Positions 26,239 through 39,624 of a stretch of DNA of 64,000 nt are shown in pieces. The DNA is from Pelomyxa schiedti (taxonomy: Eukaryota > Protista > Evosea). The notes under the pieces were generated by a model. It was given only the letters and a program-made list of their open reading frames with translations. It made no database searches and was not told where the DNA came from. Made by a program: the position numbers and the translations under genes. How positions within the stretch are numbered: position 1 is the stretch's first letter; each line of letters begins with the position of its first letter. The stretch spans positions 42,147 to 106,146 of the forward strand of contig JAHLWZ010000590.1 in NCBI GenBank assembly GCA_020536535.1, in the 5' to 3' direction.

Positions 26239-27053
26239 ATGGGTGTAGTACGTTTGGTGTCGGTTGCCGGCGTTGTGGCGCTGGTTGTTATTGTGGGACT
26301 GAGGGCTGCGGAGGGGGCGATGCCGACCCCAGTCAGTGCCACGACGGCGAAGCAGTACTTGTCAACCCTCAAAGTCGAAGCCGAGCACTCCAGGGACGGT
26401 TACGACAGGGACCTATTCCCTCACTGGATAAAAATAGACGGTGAGGATCCTCCTCTCCTTTTCCCTTCTCTCTACACGACTTCGTTTTATGTTTTGTGTG
26501 TTCACGCATTAACAGGGACTTGTGATACGAGGGAGACAGTGATGAAGAGGGATGGGAAGAATGTGGTGACGGACTCGGCGTGCGCTGCCACGAGTGGCAG
26601 CTGGTACTCCGAGTACGACGGGGAGACGTGGACGTTGGCGTCGGATCTCGACATCGACCACGTAGTGCCTCTGGCCGAGGCCTGGGACTCTGGCGCCGAC
26701 ACCTGGACAACTGCCCAGCGCCAGAATTTCGCCAATGACCTTACTCGTCCTCAGGTATTTTATTCTTTTCACTGACGATTAATATCGGGCGAGTAAAACT
26801 AAAAAAACCTAAAAACAGAACAAACCCGACCCAACTAACATTACCTTTTTTACAACAACAAAAACAGTTGATTGCTGTGACGGACAATGTGAATCAGTCC
26901 AAAGGAGACCAGGATCCTGCAACTTGGTGGCCTCCCCGTACTAGCTACAAGTGCACCTATGCCCGTGCTTGGGTGCAGGTCAAGTACTACTATGGACTCT
27001 CGGTGGATTCTGCTGAGAAAACAGCTTTGAACAATCAACTGGCTGGTTGTTGA
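26239..27053 (+). CDS. Secreted HNH endonuclease, DUF1524/actinobacterial type; two introns
   Basis: Signal peptide, then GYDRDLFPHW, CDTRETVMKRDG, DIDHVVPLAEAW, FANDLTRPQ|LIAVTDNVNQSKGDQDP and YARAWVQVKYYYGLSVDSAEK. Confidence 0.9.
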
Positions 27054-27151
27054 AGTGTGCAGTATAAGCAATGAAATAAACATGTGGTCGTTTAGTTTCC
27101 CTTTACTTGTTTTCTTTCAGAAAGGAATTCTTTTTGGGTACATTACGTGGG

Positions 27152-30100
27152 TCAAGGGAGAAGAGAGCTGCACTCAAAGGTGAGGATGTCATGGCACTCT
27201 GACAGGCCACCAGTTGCAGCAGTGAATCCTATCCAAGCGGTTGTGGAGTCTCCAATCACCTTTCGGATATCAATTTCCTTGCGTAACACTACTTGCGAGT
27301 CCAACCACACAACAATCTATTGTGATTTTAGTTGAAATGCTTTGTGTGGCACAGTGGAAAACAGACCAAATTTTGATAAAGAACCACGCGAACAGTGTGT
27401 GGGGCCTGATCTCTGAGGTTTAGAATGTCGGGGTTACAGGCCAAGGAAAACCGATGTGATGCTGAGTTCGGGCGATCGAAACAAGTTTGGAGTCTGAAGT
27501 GTCACTAAGTAATTGGGCCTGTTGGTGTTGAGTTGAAAACAACATACGAAATGTGGTTGTCATTGGGATCATCATATGTATCTTGATTGCAATAAGTATC
27601 AAACTCCACAGCAACGCTTTAGAGAGTGGACACGTCAACAAACTAAATAGCGAACATATAACCTCTTTGGAATGCCATCTTGAAAAGGGTGAGTGAGTTG
27701 GAGCTATCAAAAGAGACTCACGATATGCAAGTCCGCCACCTCCCTCTCCTATTGTATTCCCCCCCTGTGCTTGAATGACAAAGGCAAATCCATCAGCGCC
27801 AGGTTGAAGTATTTGGAACCTGGCAAAAAAGTTGGTTTGCCTATTGGATGGAGTTTCCATTTTACTTGAAGACAGTTTCGATGCCTCCTGTAAGTGCGAT
27901 AGCATCAATTTGATGCCAAAGGGCACCTCTAGCCGAATTTTGCTTTCCCGTAAGTCTTACTTTGGATTGAACCAGGGAAGTACATGCAACCTAAGGCACT
28001 TATTCAAAGGAAATAATAAAGGAAATACCGGTACAAACTCTGAGGGAAATAGCGCTGGTGCAAAGATGAATAAGGGTAGTTTATGCAGGCCATCTACTCC
28101 GTGTTACAATATCGAAAAAAATGGAGGGAAATACTTGATGGATCAGTCTGGTCAATGGGAACTCCTCCATGCTCGTTCCGCGACCGTTTCCATTCCTCAG
28201 AACCTGCATTTTGTTAAAGGAATACCTGTTGAGAATATTCACCAGAAATTCTGCCAACGGTATCTCCCCCTCTGGGGCCCAAGGTTCCCTCCAGATCTTT
28301 AATTTCACTTGCTCTTGTGACGTCGAGAACAGCTCTATTTTTCAGTTTAGAAGCGATGGAATACCACCCAATCTCCAACTTTCTTGCTGAAGTGACAGAG
28401 GTTAATAGTACGGTATTTGTTGACAATAGGAAGGACTGCAGCCAGGGTTCTCCGGCAAGAGTACGTCTGGTTAACACCTCGGGAAAGTTTTCTGTATATC
28501 TCCGGGTAACATCAACAACCTCATCCACAGCAAAAGCAAAAACATATGTGAGCTTCTTTTGCCATCCACGTTCATACATAAGGGGTTTATCAAATGCTAT
28601 GGGATGAATTTCAGGACTAAGTCAAAGGGGGTAGACACAGACCTGATTCACAGCAATCACAGTGAACCCACCTCCCAAGAGAATCACTGTAAATTTCAGC
28701 CTGAGGCACGTTAATCAAGACTGGGAGTAACGGAAATTACCCAAACGTGATCGGTGAAATCCAGAACGTATCTGGAATTGCATCCAAGAGACCTCAATAT
28801 CAAGCAAAACGCCTTCAGGGCTTCAGTAAATCCCCAGAAAAAGGGAGGAAAATAACATTTGCCCATTCACCACAACGTCCCTTTCTTGTCTCCAACAGTT
28901 TTCCAGGGTGGTTGTATCGCGGAAACCGTGTGATAACTTGGCAGGTAGAGCAGCGGTATCTTGCGTCTGTCAGCATAAATTCGAGAATTATACACACAAT
29001 TCTACTCTGCCGGCCATGCCTTGCATTTCAGCCTGTGAGGGTTGTCCCATCCCAGCTGCAGTAGTCTTACCACCACAGCGATCGCAAGGTGGCTGATCTA
29101 CCCATGAAAAGAACTGCGTTTTGAACCTGAAAAAAAGGAAGTCCTCATTATAATACTGGAAGGACAAGATACCACTTGAGAAGTTCCACTACAAAGCCAT
29201 CTTCTGGGCTTGACACATTTGGAGTTGTCTTTGCGAGTTCTTGGAGGACATCAACTGGCACTAGTGATCGGGCTTTTTGTTGTAATGCTGGTTGTTCATA
29301 GAGCTTCATTTGCTCTAAGCTATTTTTTACTCTATTCTTTATTTCAACAGAGGCTCTGGCACCCTGCAGCTACTGAGTGATGGTTCAAAAAAAAAAGAAT
29401 AAAATCTGATATACCCTCATTAGTGATTCACTCATTTCTGAAAGGATGCTGCGTTGAACAGGAAGTGGTGCGCCAATACCGGTTACCCTGAAACCATCAG
29501 CAAGTCATGGCGGAAAAATGGACTTACAGTGGTAGGAAAAGGCAAGTTCCAATCTCCCCACACTGGCACACGGCAGGCGAACCTGAGTTATCGTCGATTG
29601 TAACACTCCCTTGATGACAGGCGTGCTTGCATCCAAAACAAATTCTATTCTTCTGTCAACATCCAGGAGATTATTGGGAACACACTTCCTGCCCTGAGTC
29701 AGAAAGATTGGTTGTCGGATTTCCTCAAAAGGAAAGAAAACTCTACTACAAGTGGATTGCCAGTCTGTGGACATTGCAGGAACTGTACATTGCTGTGTCA
29801 TAGGAACAGAAGAGGGTGTAATAGTCTCTGGTGTAGCTACAGGGGCGGAAGTGGAAGTTGTAGCATCAGAGATTGATGACTTTGGTCCAAGTAATATGAG
29901 GTGCTTTCCCTGTGTCCAGTTAAGGGAGGAGAGGAAAGAAAAGGAAATAAACAAACAGGTGTGATTCCACAAGAATTGAGATTGTCTTCATCATTCACAG
30001 TCCCCTTCAACCCTATGATTTTCTGGTCCTCTGGTGCCACTGTCGTGAGCGCGTATAATTGCATCTAATGTATAAGGTGCATCTCACTCCAACAAGAAAA

Positions 30101-30257
30101 AGCAAGAAAAAAAATAGTAATGTACCTTGAACAGCAGTGCTACTTCATCAGTGTCCACTTCCAGGTCATATCTGTGAGCACAATGAGACACAATCCGGAT
30201 CTATGCACTTTACAGTACTTTGTTCCTTGGTGTGACAACAACGGGTACTTTTGGCAT
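27152..30257 (-). CDS. NGLY1: Peptide:N-glycanase with N-terminal ubiquitin-like and C-terminal legume-type lectin domains; multi-exon, first exon uncertain
   Basis: [36 protein letters not shown]. PNGase triad GRCGEWAN / FTDHVW / WVHCD, plus RISGSEEWK. Lectin motifs [16 protein letters not shown]...DPNDNHI and [11 protein letters not shown]. Confidence 0.85.
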
Positions 30258-30397
30258 GTGTGTATTGACTCCACGCAGGGTAATTAGTTATGTCAACTTC
30301 ACAACTTTGACACGCAGCACCGAGTTCACCGGAAACGAAACGGCTTAGAAAAGAAAAATAGAAACCGTGCTCTTCTGAAGTTTGTTCTTTAACTCCG

Positions 30398-32266
<1,869 letters not shown>

Positions 32267-32579
32267 TTTTTTTTTTTATTTATTCGGTTGCGTGCACGCG
32301 CTCGCTTGCGTCGTTGTTTACACGAAATCCGAATCGCTGAGATTTACCTCCGAATTTGCGGTCTTTCATTTCAAACTTGTTTTTAAATAGAAACAACAGC
32401 GAATCTCAAGTGGATCACAGTTTTTCTTGAGCAGGAAGAATCGGCATGATGCCTTCACGGAGTTTGTTTGGTGGCTTCTACTATGCAGATAACGCTCGAT
32501 GTCTTGTGAAGAGCGACATATTTGAGTCCTGCATTGTGGCAGAGCACAGAAAATTCCTCTTCAGTTCTTTCTTTTCCCC

Positions 32580-32680
32580 NNNNNNNNNNNNNNNNNNNNN
32601 NNNNNNNNNNNNNNNNNNNNNNNNNNNNNNNNNNNNNNNNNNNNNNNNNNNNNNNNNNNNNNNNNNNNNNNNNNNNNNNT
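32580..32680. other. Assembly gap (101 N)
   Basis: Run of n characters. Confidence 1.
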
Positions 32681-32697
32681 ATCCATATCTTATAATT

Positions 32698-35460
32698 TTA
32701 CACTTCAGTGTTGCCCGCCAAGCACCTCCCGCTCCCTCTGGTTGTTATCTCAGTTAAACAGGTCTAAAATAAACAGAAATACATGTCCACTTTTTTTTTT
32801 CCTTAAGTTAACCTTTACATAGTTTTCTCCCAGCCCATTGGGAAAATGTGACAAGTTACCCCGGTTGCTTGTGGGTGTAGAGATAACAGTCGACTGATTG
32901 TTGTTCCGAGTGCATTTTCCACCTGAGGCGACTCCAGAGGCGGCAGTTCTGAAAATGTCAAGGCGGGTGTGTTGCTGCTCGAAATCGGATCTGACCACGG
33001 TATCTCGTCCATTGCACCTCACCTCGGCACCCGGCTTCAGATTCTCAAATTGCTTTTTATTTTTGTTTATGTTGTCCCTGTCTGGCTGAGGAAGCATCAG
33101 AATCGCAGACGACACGGCGAGCCCTTGGGGTAGCTGTGAGAACACACCCCAGAAGAGTGTCCTGCCCAACACATCTTTTCGGGTGAACGGCCTCAGGCTC
33201 AGTGAAGTGGTGGTGGTGAGCAGATTGGGCAGGGTGTGGTCCAGATAGATTGAGACCTTGCTGGGTTGGAGTCGGCGTAGTGACAGGCTGTTCACAGCCA
33301 ACAGCTGTGATCCAGTCTCAGTATGCTTAGTTTTTTTTTTTTTGGGTTGTTGAAAATAAATGACTGGGACAGTGGTCGTAGTGTAGAGAACTTACAGTTA
33401 CGGAAAGGAACCACTCTACCAAATCATAGTATTGGTCACAAGAGAGATAGAAAAGGAGTTCAGTGTGTTCCACTGTTTGATTCTGTTCTGTTTTTATTAT
33501 TATTATTATTTTTTGGTTTGATTCTATTTTTGATTTACAAAACATACCTCCACTTCCATACATTGCTAAACTGATCTGAGAACCTTCAATTGCGTTGGTT
33601 TTTATGTCAAAAATGTTTGCAGATTTCAATGAGTTCAACCACCACTCCGGAATAAACTTTTCCAGTTCACTCTGAGGAAGTACCTGGTCAGTGGGTGTAC
33701 AAAGTACCATAAGACTGTGCCACAATTTGGAGATGCTGCTTGCAGTAATGGAGCGAATATTTTGTGTTGCTTCTTGACATAGTGAGTGCTTGACAACCTG
33801 GGATGGTAGGAGAGAATCTCGAGTTTCAGAGTTCATTTCATATACTGTGCACCGCTGTTGATATAACATCATCCAGTCAGTTGTGTGCTGATAAAGAAAG
33901 TGCAGACACTCCCAGCGATATGTATACAAGTGATACCATGTCAGATTGTGAGTGAGTGGAGCTCTCCAGCTCCTACAAACCTGCTTGCATGACAACAGGT
34001 CTCTGAATTTCAAAAATGAAGAAATGGTAAAATTTATCTAGTTGTGGAGGGAATGCATTTAGTGGAGGGAAAATACAGGAAGGTACCTCAATAGGGAGGT
34101 GCATGAAAAGTATCAGTTCCTCCTCCAAAGGAAAGGAGGCGGTGGTGAGAGGTACACCATTCACAGTGAATCTTGGGGTGCTGTTATCAACCGTTGAAGG
34201 AGGTGCTAGTAGAATTGCATCGGAAACCAATTTACTGGAAGCCAAAATTACAGCAACAAGGAACCAAGGAGGAAATTCCTTGTTTGTGCATATCTATGGA
34301 GTGTCAGAGGGAAAGAACTCGAGGGAAAACCGGGCACTCTTTTCACTGCCTCCACAAAAGATATTCTGGATTGAATACTAAATCGTTTGATTATCTCAAG
34401 TGCGATTTCCTTCTGTTGGTTCACAAACAGGGAAAAAAAATTTTGTTGATCCAGTACACCTCGTGATAGACTACGTATAACTTCACTCACTTGATTGTTT
34501 GAGGATTCCCCCAAGTGAAAGGGGCTGACTTCATGAAAACAGCCAAGGAGTTTGCTCTCTAAAGCAGAGAAGTCAGAGTCGGAGATGAGCTGATTGGTGC
34601 TTATCCAGTGTCTCTGCGTTGGTGCATACCCATAAATCAGTTTATTCACACAGGACAGAGGATTAAATTCCCAAGAATACTCATGAAGCACTTGAAATAG
34701 AAAAGAATGCAGAGGCTTACAGCTTTCCAAGCACTGTTTCAAAGCATGAAACTGTAGCATATGTTTGTTCCAGTTAACATTATAAACCAAGTGACTAAAT
34801 TTTATCTGACACAGTGCAATCAAACTCGCCACACTAAAACGGGTACCCTAAACTTGTCAGCACAGGTAAGTACGAACGTAACATTTGTTACCACATCAAT
34901 TCCAATTATACAAATCGTTGGAAAATAAATCACGTACATCAGGTAAGTAGCAACCCCCAAATCCCACAGGCTCAGGCGTTGTCTCCAGCGCAGCCGTCAA
35001 TGAAGTGCTCACCAGAATTTCCACGTCGTGTTTGCCGTCCAGCCTGCACGACAGCAGCAAAATCGCACCCTCCTCCATCTTCAAGGCGGCGCTCCTCGGC
35101 ACCCCCTCAGACACGTGCACCTGGTCCAGGCGTCCCCCGCATTTTTCCAGCCACTGGGCGGCTGCTTCTCGGGTCGCCACTAGGTCCCAGTCGGTGTGTT
35201 CGTCCACGGGGCGGAACGGACTCGGGGGAGTCGCACCGGTGGTGGTGGTCGTGGCGGTGGCGGCGGAGGTCCCCTGACACCTGAAGTAGCCCCACCGCGC
35301 GAGATAGTCCACGGCGCGCGAGCCGATCAACACCAGGCCCAGTGAGCCCCACGCTGCGCAGGGGCGAGCATGTTGTTTCTCCCGCAGATCTCTGGCGGCC
35401 TGTATGGCCTGCGCCACACTGCACTCGCGGTATGTGCCAACACAACGTATCGCCTGACAT
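32698..35460 (-). CDS. Nucleotidyltransferase-like N-terminal domain + F-box protein; multi-exon, ends approximate
   Basis: LVLIGSRA...DWDLV (GS + DxD), then IKFSHLVYNVNWNKHM, AVKR|ICT...PPWF, and the F-box-like MHLPIE..LKFRDLLSCKQVCRSW. Confidence 0.6.
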
Positions 35461-35710
35461 TTTTTTTTATTGTGTTTCTCCGAAATGAATCATTGAATAA
35501 CTGGGTTGATTACTGATTCAATTGCTGTCTTCCACAAAAATAAAAACCCAAGTACAACGGCAGCACCGGCCCTGTCGTAACTCCACGTACCCAGTGCAGG
35601 TCAGAAATAAAAATACAGTTCGTGGGTTTTTTGGTAAGAATCTTTTCCCTTTTTTTTTTTTTTTGCCAACAAACTCTCCAATAATAAGGCACAAAGAACA
35701 TTTTCAGAAG

Positions 35711-37621
35711 ATGGCAACTTCCCGTTCTTCATTAACTTCTCGCGTTACCACGGAACACGATGGGCTTGATTCCCACAATTACGCATGCTCATCTCCCCCT
35801 CTGGTAGTAGGTCCTGTAGGTAGGCAATGCGTCAGGGTTGGATATGGTTATAATGCTGCGAGAGATGAGTTCCATGACTTGAGCCCTTGGCACTCTGATG
35901 CGCTACGCTCTAACATCCAAACTGAGCCCATGGACACCATTGAGACATCCTTGGAAATTGAGAACAAGTTGACAGACCGCCTCAAATTCATGCATGTGTC
36001 AGCCGAGTTGCAGCTGTCTGTGCTTAGTGGATTGGTCAAGGTTGAAGGAGCTGCTTCGTACCTGAATGAGGATTTGTCCAGTTCCCAAGTGGCTAGAGTT
36101 GTGTATTCTATAGATGCCACAACAAAGTCAGTCTCTCTTACAATGGACCATCTTTCTGCAATCCAAGAGAAGGGGGTCGTGTCCCCCGAGAGTCCCATCA
36201 CCCACATCATCACAAGTGTCATTTATGGAGTCAAGGGAATTCTTGTCTTTGAGATGCAAGTTGATAAGAGTCACACCAAAGAGGAAATTGAAGGAAGTTT
36301 GAAGCTTCATGTGGAGAAGTTTGCTGCTTTCAGTGTGGATGCAAAAGCTGATGTTAGCATCCGCGACCACAGTTCTATTGATGCAAGTAAAATTACAATT
36401 CACTTATCTGGGGATATCATTCCAACCACACCTGTAACCACATTCGAGAGTGCCATTGCAATGATTCAGAAAGACTTTACTCGTGAAAATATTGTCGCTT
36501 GTGCACGAGCTCAGACTTTGCGGTTGACACCAAAGGAATCTTTTATGACCACTCAGTCAATTCTGTACCATGAGATAAATGCCACATTACGTGAACAAGT
36601 GGTGGAGGTTATGTCAGAGTACCGATCTCTAAAGGTAGAGATTCAAGGTCTGGCTGAACGGTGCCGAAAAAATCACATACAACCTGTTCAAAGCACTGCT
36701 ACAATTCTTGTTGCAGCTGTAGGGGGTGTAACATCTTTTCTTGCACAACAATTACAGTCCCTGCTACCAGAGATCAGGAAAAACCCAGCTAAGTGTTCTG
36801 TACTTCAGGAACTACTGTTGAAGGTTAGGAAGTCTGCCTTTGGGCCATCCCGCCTGAGGGATTACCTTCAAAAAGCTCTAAATCAATGTGTATTCATACT
36901 GGAGGGCCTAATTCAACCTGACAAGCCCACTGCAGAGCAATTGGAACCAACAGAGCTTTCAACTTTAACCTGCCGGCCAGACCCTGCATTGGTGTTGGTG
37001 CTCTACATTCCCTCAACAGATGTCTACCTTACAGCACTTCAAACTGCAATGCTCACCTGTGACTATACCATGGCTTTTGTGGCCACTGGTCCAGTTGCGT
37101 GGCAGGAAGACAGTGCCTTCAAGTGTGCTGTAAAAGCAAAAAGAGACTCTCTCAAAGCAACTCGTACACAAAAACCCATGAAGCACTACCTGTGCTTTAA
37201 AAACATGGTTGACTCACTCACCAGTGCTGTTGAGGTGACCAGCCCCTCTGTTGAACTTGTGTTGGTGAAGGATTATACAATAACAAGGAACTTGGACACA
37301 GCCTCCATGGTGTCAACGAATGTGCGGGTTCCAACACAGCCTGGTACCATAATACTCTATCAGGGGAACACTCCACCCCCAGGTTATCTTGCCTGCAATG
37401 GAGCACAGATCAGCACAACAGAATACCCTGAGTTGTTTAAGGTTCTGTGCCCACGGTGGTCTGGCGAATTGCCTGGCACATTTTCACTGCCACAGTACGA
37501 CCCAATCGACACTGGTCGGTGTTGTGAGTGTATGTTCAGGGTCTGGTATAAGTTCAGTGACATAACTCTTGGCAGAGGACAACTCTGTGACTCTTACGTT
37601 TTCTATGCTGTGGCCTTCTAA
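35711..37621 (+). CDS. Stonustoxin/verrucotoxin-like MACPF/CDC pore-forming protein with C-terminal phage tail-collar domain
   Basis: Single open coding exon. SNTX-like motifs GPVGR..VGYGYNA, HVSAELQLSVLSGLVKVEGAASYLNE, THIITSVIYG, EEIEGSL and GDIIPTTPVTTFESA. Collar motif PGTIILYQGNTPPPGYLACNGAQISTTEYPELFKVL...TFSLP at about 37340-37490. Confidence 0.85.
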   Translation: MATSRSSLTSRVTTEHDGLDSHNYACSSPPLVVGPVGRQCVRVGYGYNAARDEFHDLSPWHSDALRSNIQTEPMDTIETSLEIENKLTDRLKFMHVSAELQLSVLSGLVKVEGAASYLNEDLSSSQVARVVYSIDATTKSVSLTMDHLSAIQEKGVVSPESPITHIITSVIYGVKGILVFEMQVDKSHTKEEIEGSLKLHVEKFAAFSVDAKADVSIRDHSSIDASKITIHLSGDIIPTTPVTTFESAIAMIQKDFTRENIVACARAQTLRLTPKESFMTTQSILYHEINATLREQVVEVMSEYRSLKVEIQGLAERCRKNHIQPVQSTATILVAAVGGVTSFLAQQLQSLLPEIRKNPAKCSVLQELLLKVRKSAFGPSRLRDYLQKALNQCVFILEGLIQPDKPTAEQLEPTELSTLTCRPDPALVLVLYIPSTDVYLTALQTAMLTCDYTMAFVATGPVAWQEDSAFKCAVKAKRDSLKATRTQKPMKHYLCFKNMVDSLTSAVEVTSPSVELVLVKDYTITRNLDTASMVSTNVRVPTQPGTIILYQGNTPPPGYLACNGAQISTTEYPELFKVLCPRWSGELPGTFSLPQYDPIDTGRCCECMFRVWYKFSDITLGRGQLCDSYVFYAVAF

Positions 37622-37660
37622 TAAGCCTCGCTTTTTTTTTCTTTATCCCTGGAGCACAAA

Positions 37661-37800
37661 CAGATTCTAATAATTATTCTAATAATTTTAATATTCTATA
37701 TATTATAATTATTAGAATTAATATTTTATTATTATTTAATTTATTCTAAAATAAATTTTAGAATTCCCAATTTATTTTTAAAAAATCAATTCGTTGAAAA
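37661..37800. repeat. Extremely AT-rich low-complexity tract
   Basis: About 140 nt almost entirely A/T (ttctaataat-like units). Confidence 0.85.
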
Positions 37801-37875
37801 AATCCCTTTTTGGGATTCCTTTTTAGTCATCAATCGCCACTTGGCGGCTGGCCGCCTGGCGGGTCCCCCTGTCAA

Positions 37876-38214
37876 ATCACTTGGGACCCATTGGGGGAGG
37901 GGAAAAAGTCCAACTGCGACCTCATTGGGGGAGGGAAAAAATCACTTGGGACCCATTGGGGGAGGGAAAAAAAGTTGGGGCCTGTGGGGAGGGGGAAAAA
38001 AGTCTGTGGAGTGCTAGCAGGTGCTGGTGAGTGCCGGTGAGTTCTGGTGAGTGCCAGTGCCGGTAGTGGCTGGAGGTGCCGGTGAGTGCCGGTAGCAGCT
38101 GGGGAGTGCCGGTGAGTGCAGGTAGCAACTGGGGAGTGCCGGGCTGTGCAGGTAGCTGCTGGGGAGTGCCAGTGTGTGCCAGTGAGTGCCAGTGAGTACT
38201 GGGTGGTGCTGGTA
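37876..38214 (+). repeat. Two adjacent G-rich degenerate tandem arrays
   Basis: About 4 copies of ttgggacccattgggggagggaaaaa (37876-38001), then gagtgccggt-type 10-mers with a ~30-nt higher-order unit ggggagtgccggtgagtgcaggtagcagct (about 38010-38214). Confidence 0.8.
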
Positions 38215-39110
38215 TCTATTCTAAATAGTGTGTGTAATTTAACAATGTGTTTTCAGGGTTTACCTGGGGGGAACTGATAGAAACTCAGAGACACCTACAT
38301 GCCAGAACTCAGTTGGACAGAGAGAAATGTTGGTTGGAAGTTGAGTGGGAGATCATTCAATGCCAAAATCCTAGGTCCTAATTCTCCAACTGAGGAAGAA
38401 GATAAAGATGGCACAGTTTCTGTTGGAATATCAATTGGTGTTAGAGCAGCACCCAAGTTGCTCAACTCTTGCATTTGGGCTTGAAGCTCTGGTTGTTCCA
38501 ACAAACTCTGAAAAAAGTCATCTTTTTGTTCACAAGTTGAAAAAGCAACAGAGTAAGAGAGAGCTGTTGAAATCACTTGGAAACATAAATTTCGTAATGT
38601 TTCTGCTACCTCAGTACATGTGCAGTATTGTTTTTGGGCACTGGAAACTTTGAGAGATTCAACCAAAGCAGTACCTTCTTGTGGTTTTTTTTGAGGCTGT
38701 TGCAGTCTGTTAGAGGGCTTCTTTAATGCTTAATTAGTGTAAGTGTTATGTCACTTACTTTGGTAGTGTGGGTTTGTAGCTCTTAAAGGTGAAGGTGCAA
38801 CAAGAAGAAGGTGATTGTCTGGGTTATTAATGAATGAGACAGAGAATTTTGTATTGTTGTTTTGCACAACCAAGTTTTTGTGTACAACATGGGGAGTGTG
38901 TGACCATTGTTGGGGCAGTCGGTAACATCAGAGAAGTCGTGTCGCACTGTTGCTCTGTGATTGGCAATGCCAACCCACCGGAAATGGAATCCAAAAAAAG
39001 GAATTTTTCCGCGAAAAAAAATCAACGGCTTTTTTGACCTGGCGGATTAACGAGAGTCTGCTCTAAGGTGGTCCGGAATGTCAGGGGACGAATATGAGGT
39101 AGAGCACCCA

Positions 39111-39491
39111 GGTATCATTTTTCACTCGAACAACCTCTTCTTGTTACTTGCACCCCAAACATGTGTAGATGGGGGTGCTTGTTAACATGCAGAGGGGGGA
39201 GGTGCTTGCCAGAGCAAGTGGGGCCCACTGTAGACCAGACATGGAGATGTGCACCAAGTTGGGCCAGGTACAGGCTGCGGAGTACCACACCTCAAAAAGA
39301 AGAATAACCCTCTTTCCAGTTTGACTAAACAAAGATACCCTTTCATTATCGTCGTTCTTGTTCGCACACACAATCATGACACGGGCCGACCTGAATGTCA
39401 CCCTCGGCAACACATGTCTGTGCATCTTTTTCCCCCTCCTTGGCATCATTTTTCACTCGAACAACCTCTTCCTGTTATTAGTACCTCAAAC
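39111..39491 (+). repeat. Pair of ~50-nt direct repeats (39111-39160 and 39442-39491)
   Basis: ggtatcatttttcactcgaacaacctcttcttgttacttgcaccccaaac vs ggcatcatttttcactcgaacaacctcttcctgttattagtacctcaaac. Confidence 0.85.
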
Positions 39492-39624
39492 ACATCTGTA
39501 CTACCCTTGGCTCCACCTCCAATACATCAAACAGTCCTCCAACTTCCTTCCTCCCATCCTCATATGATGCCAACCCTACATTCGCACTTCACCAGCCCAA
39601 CAAAACTTGGGGGGTAAGCCCGCA

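Noticed and set aside
34858-34872. TACTTACCTG on the - strand resembling the U1 snRNA 5' end
   Set aside because: No U1 stem-loops or Sm site follow, and it lies inside an intron. A chance match to the splice-donor complement.
37876-38214. CRISPR-like array
   Set aside because: Units are degenerate and adjacent, with no unique spacers of constant length and no cas genes. The context is eukaryotic.
38240-38670. Short ORFs on both strands after the repeat block
   Set aside because: No recognisable motif, interrupted by stops, and no consistent splice model.
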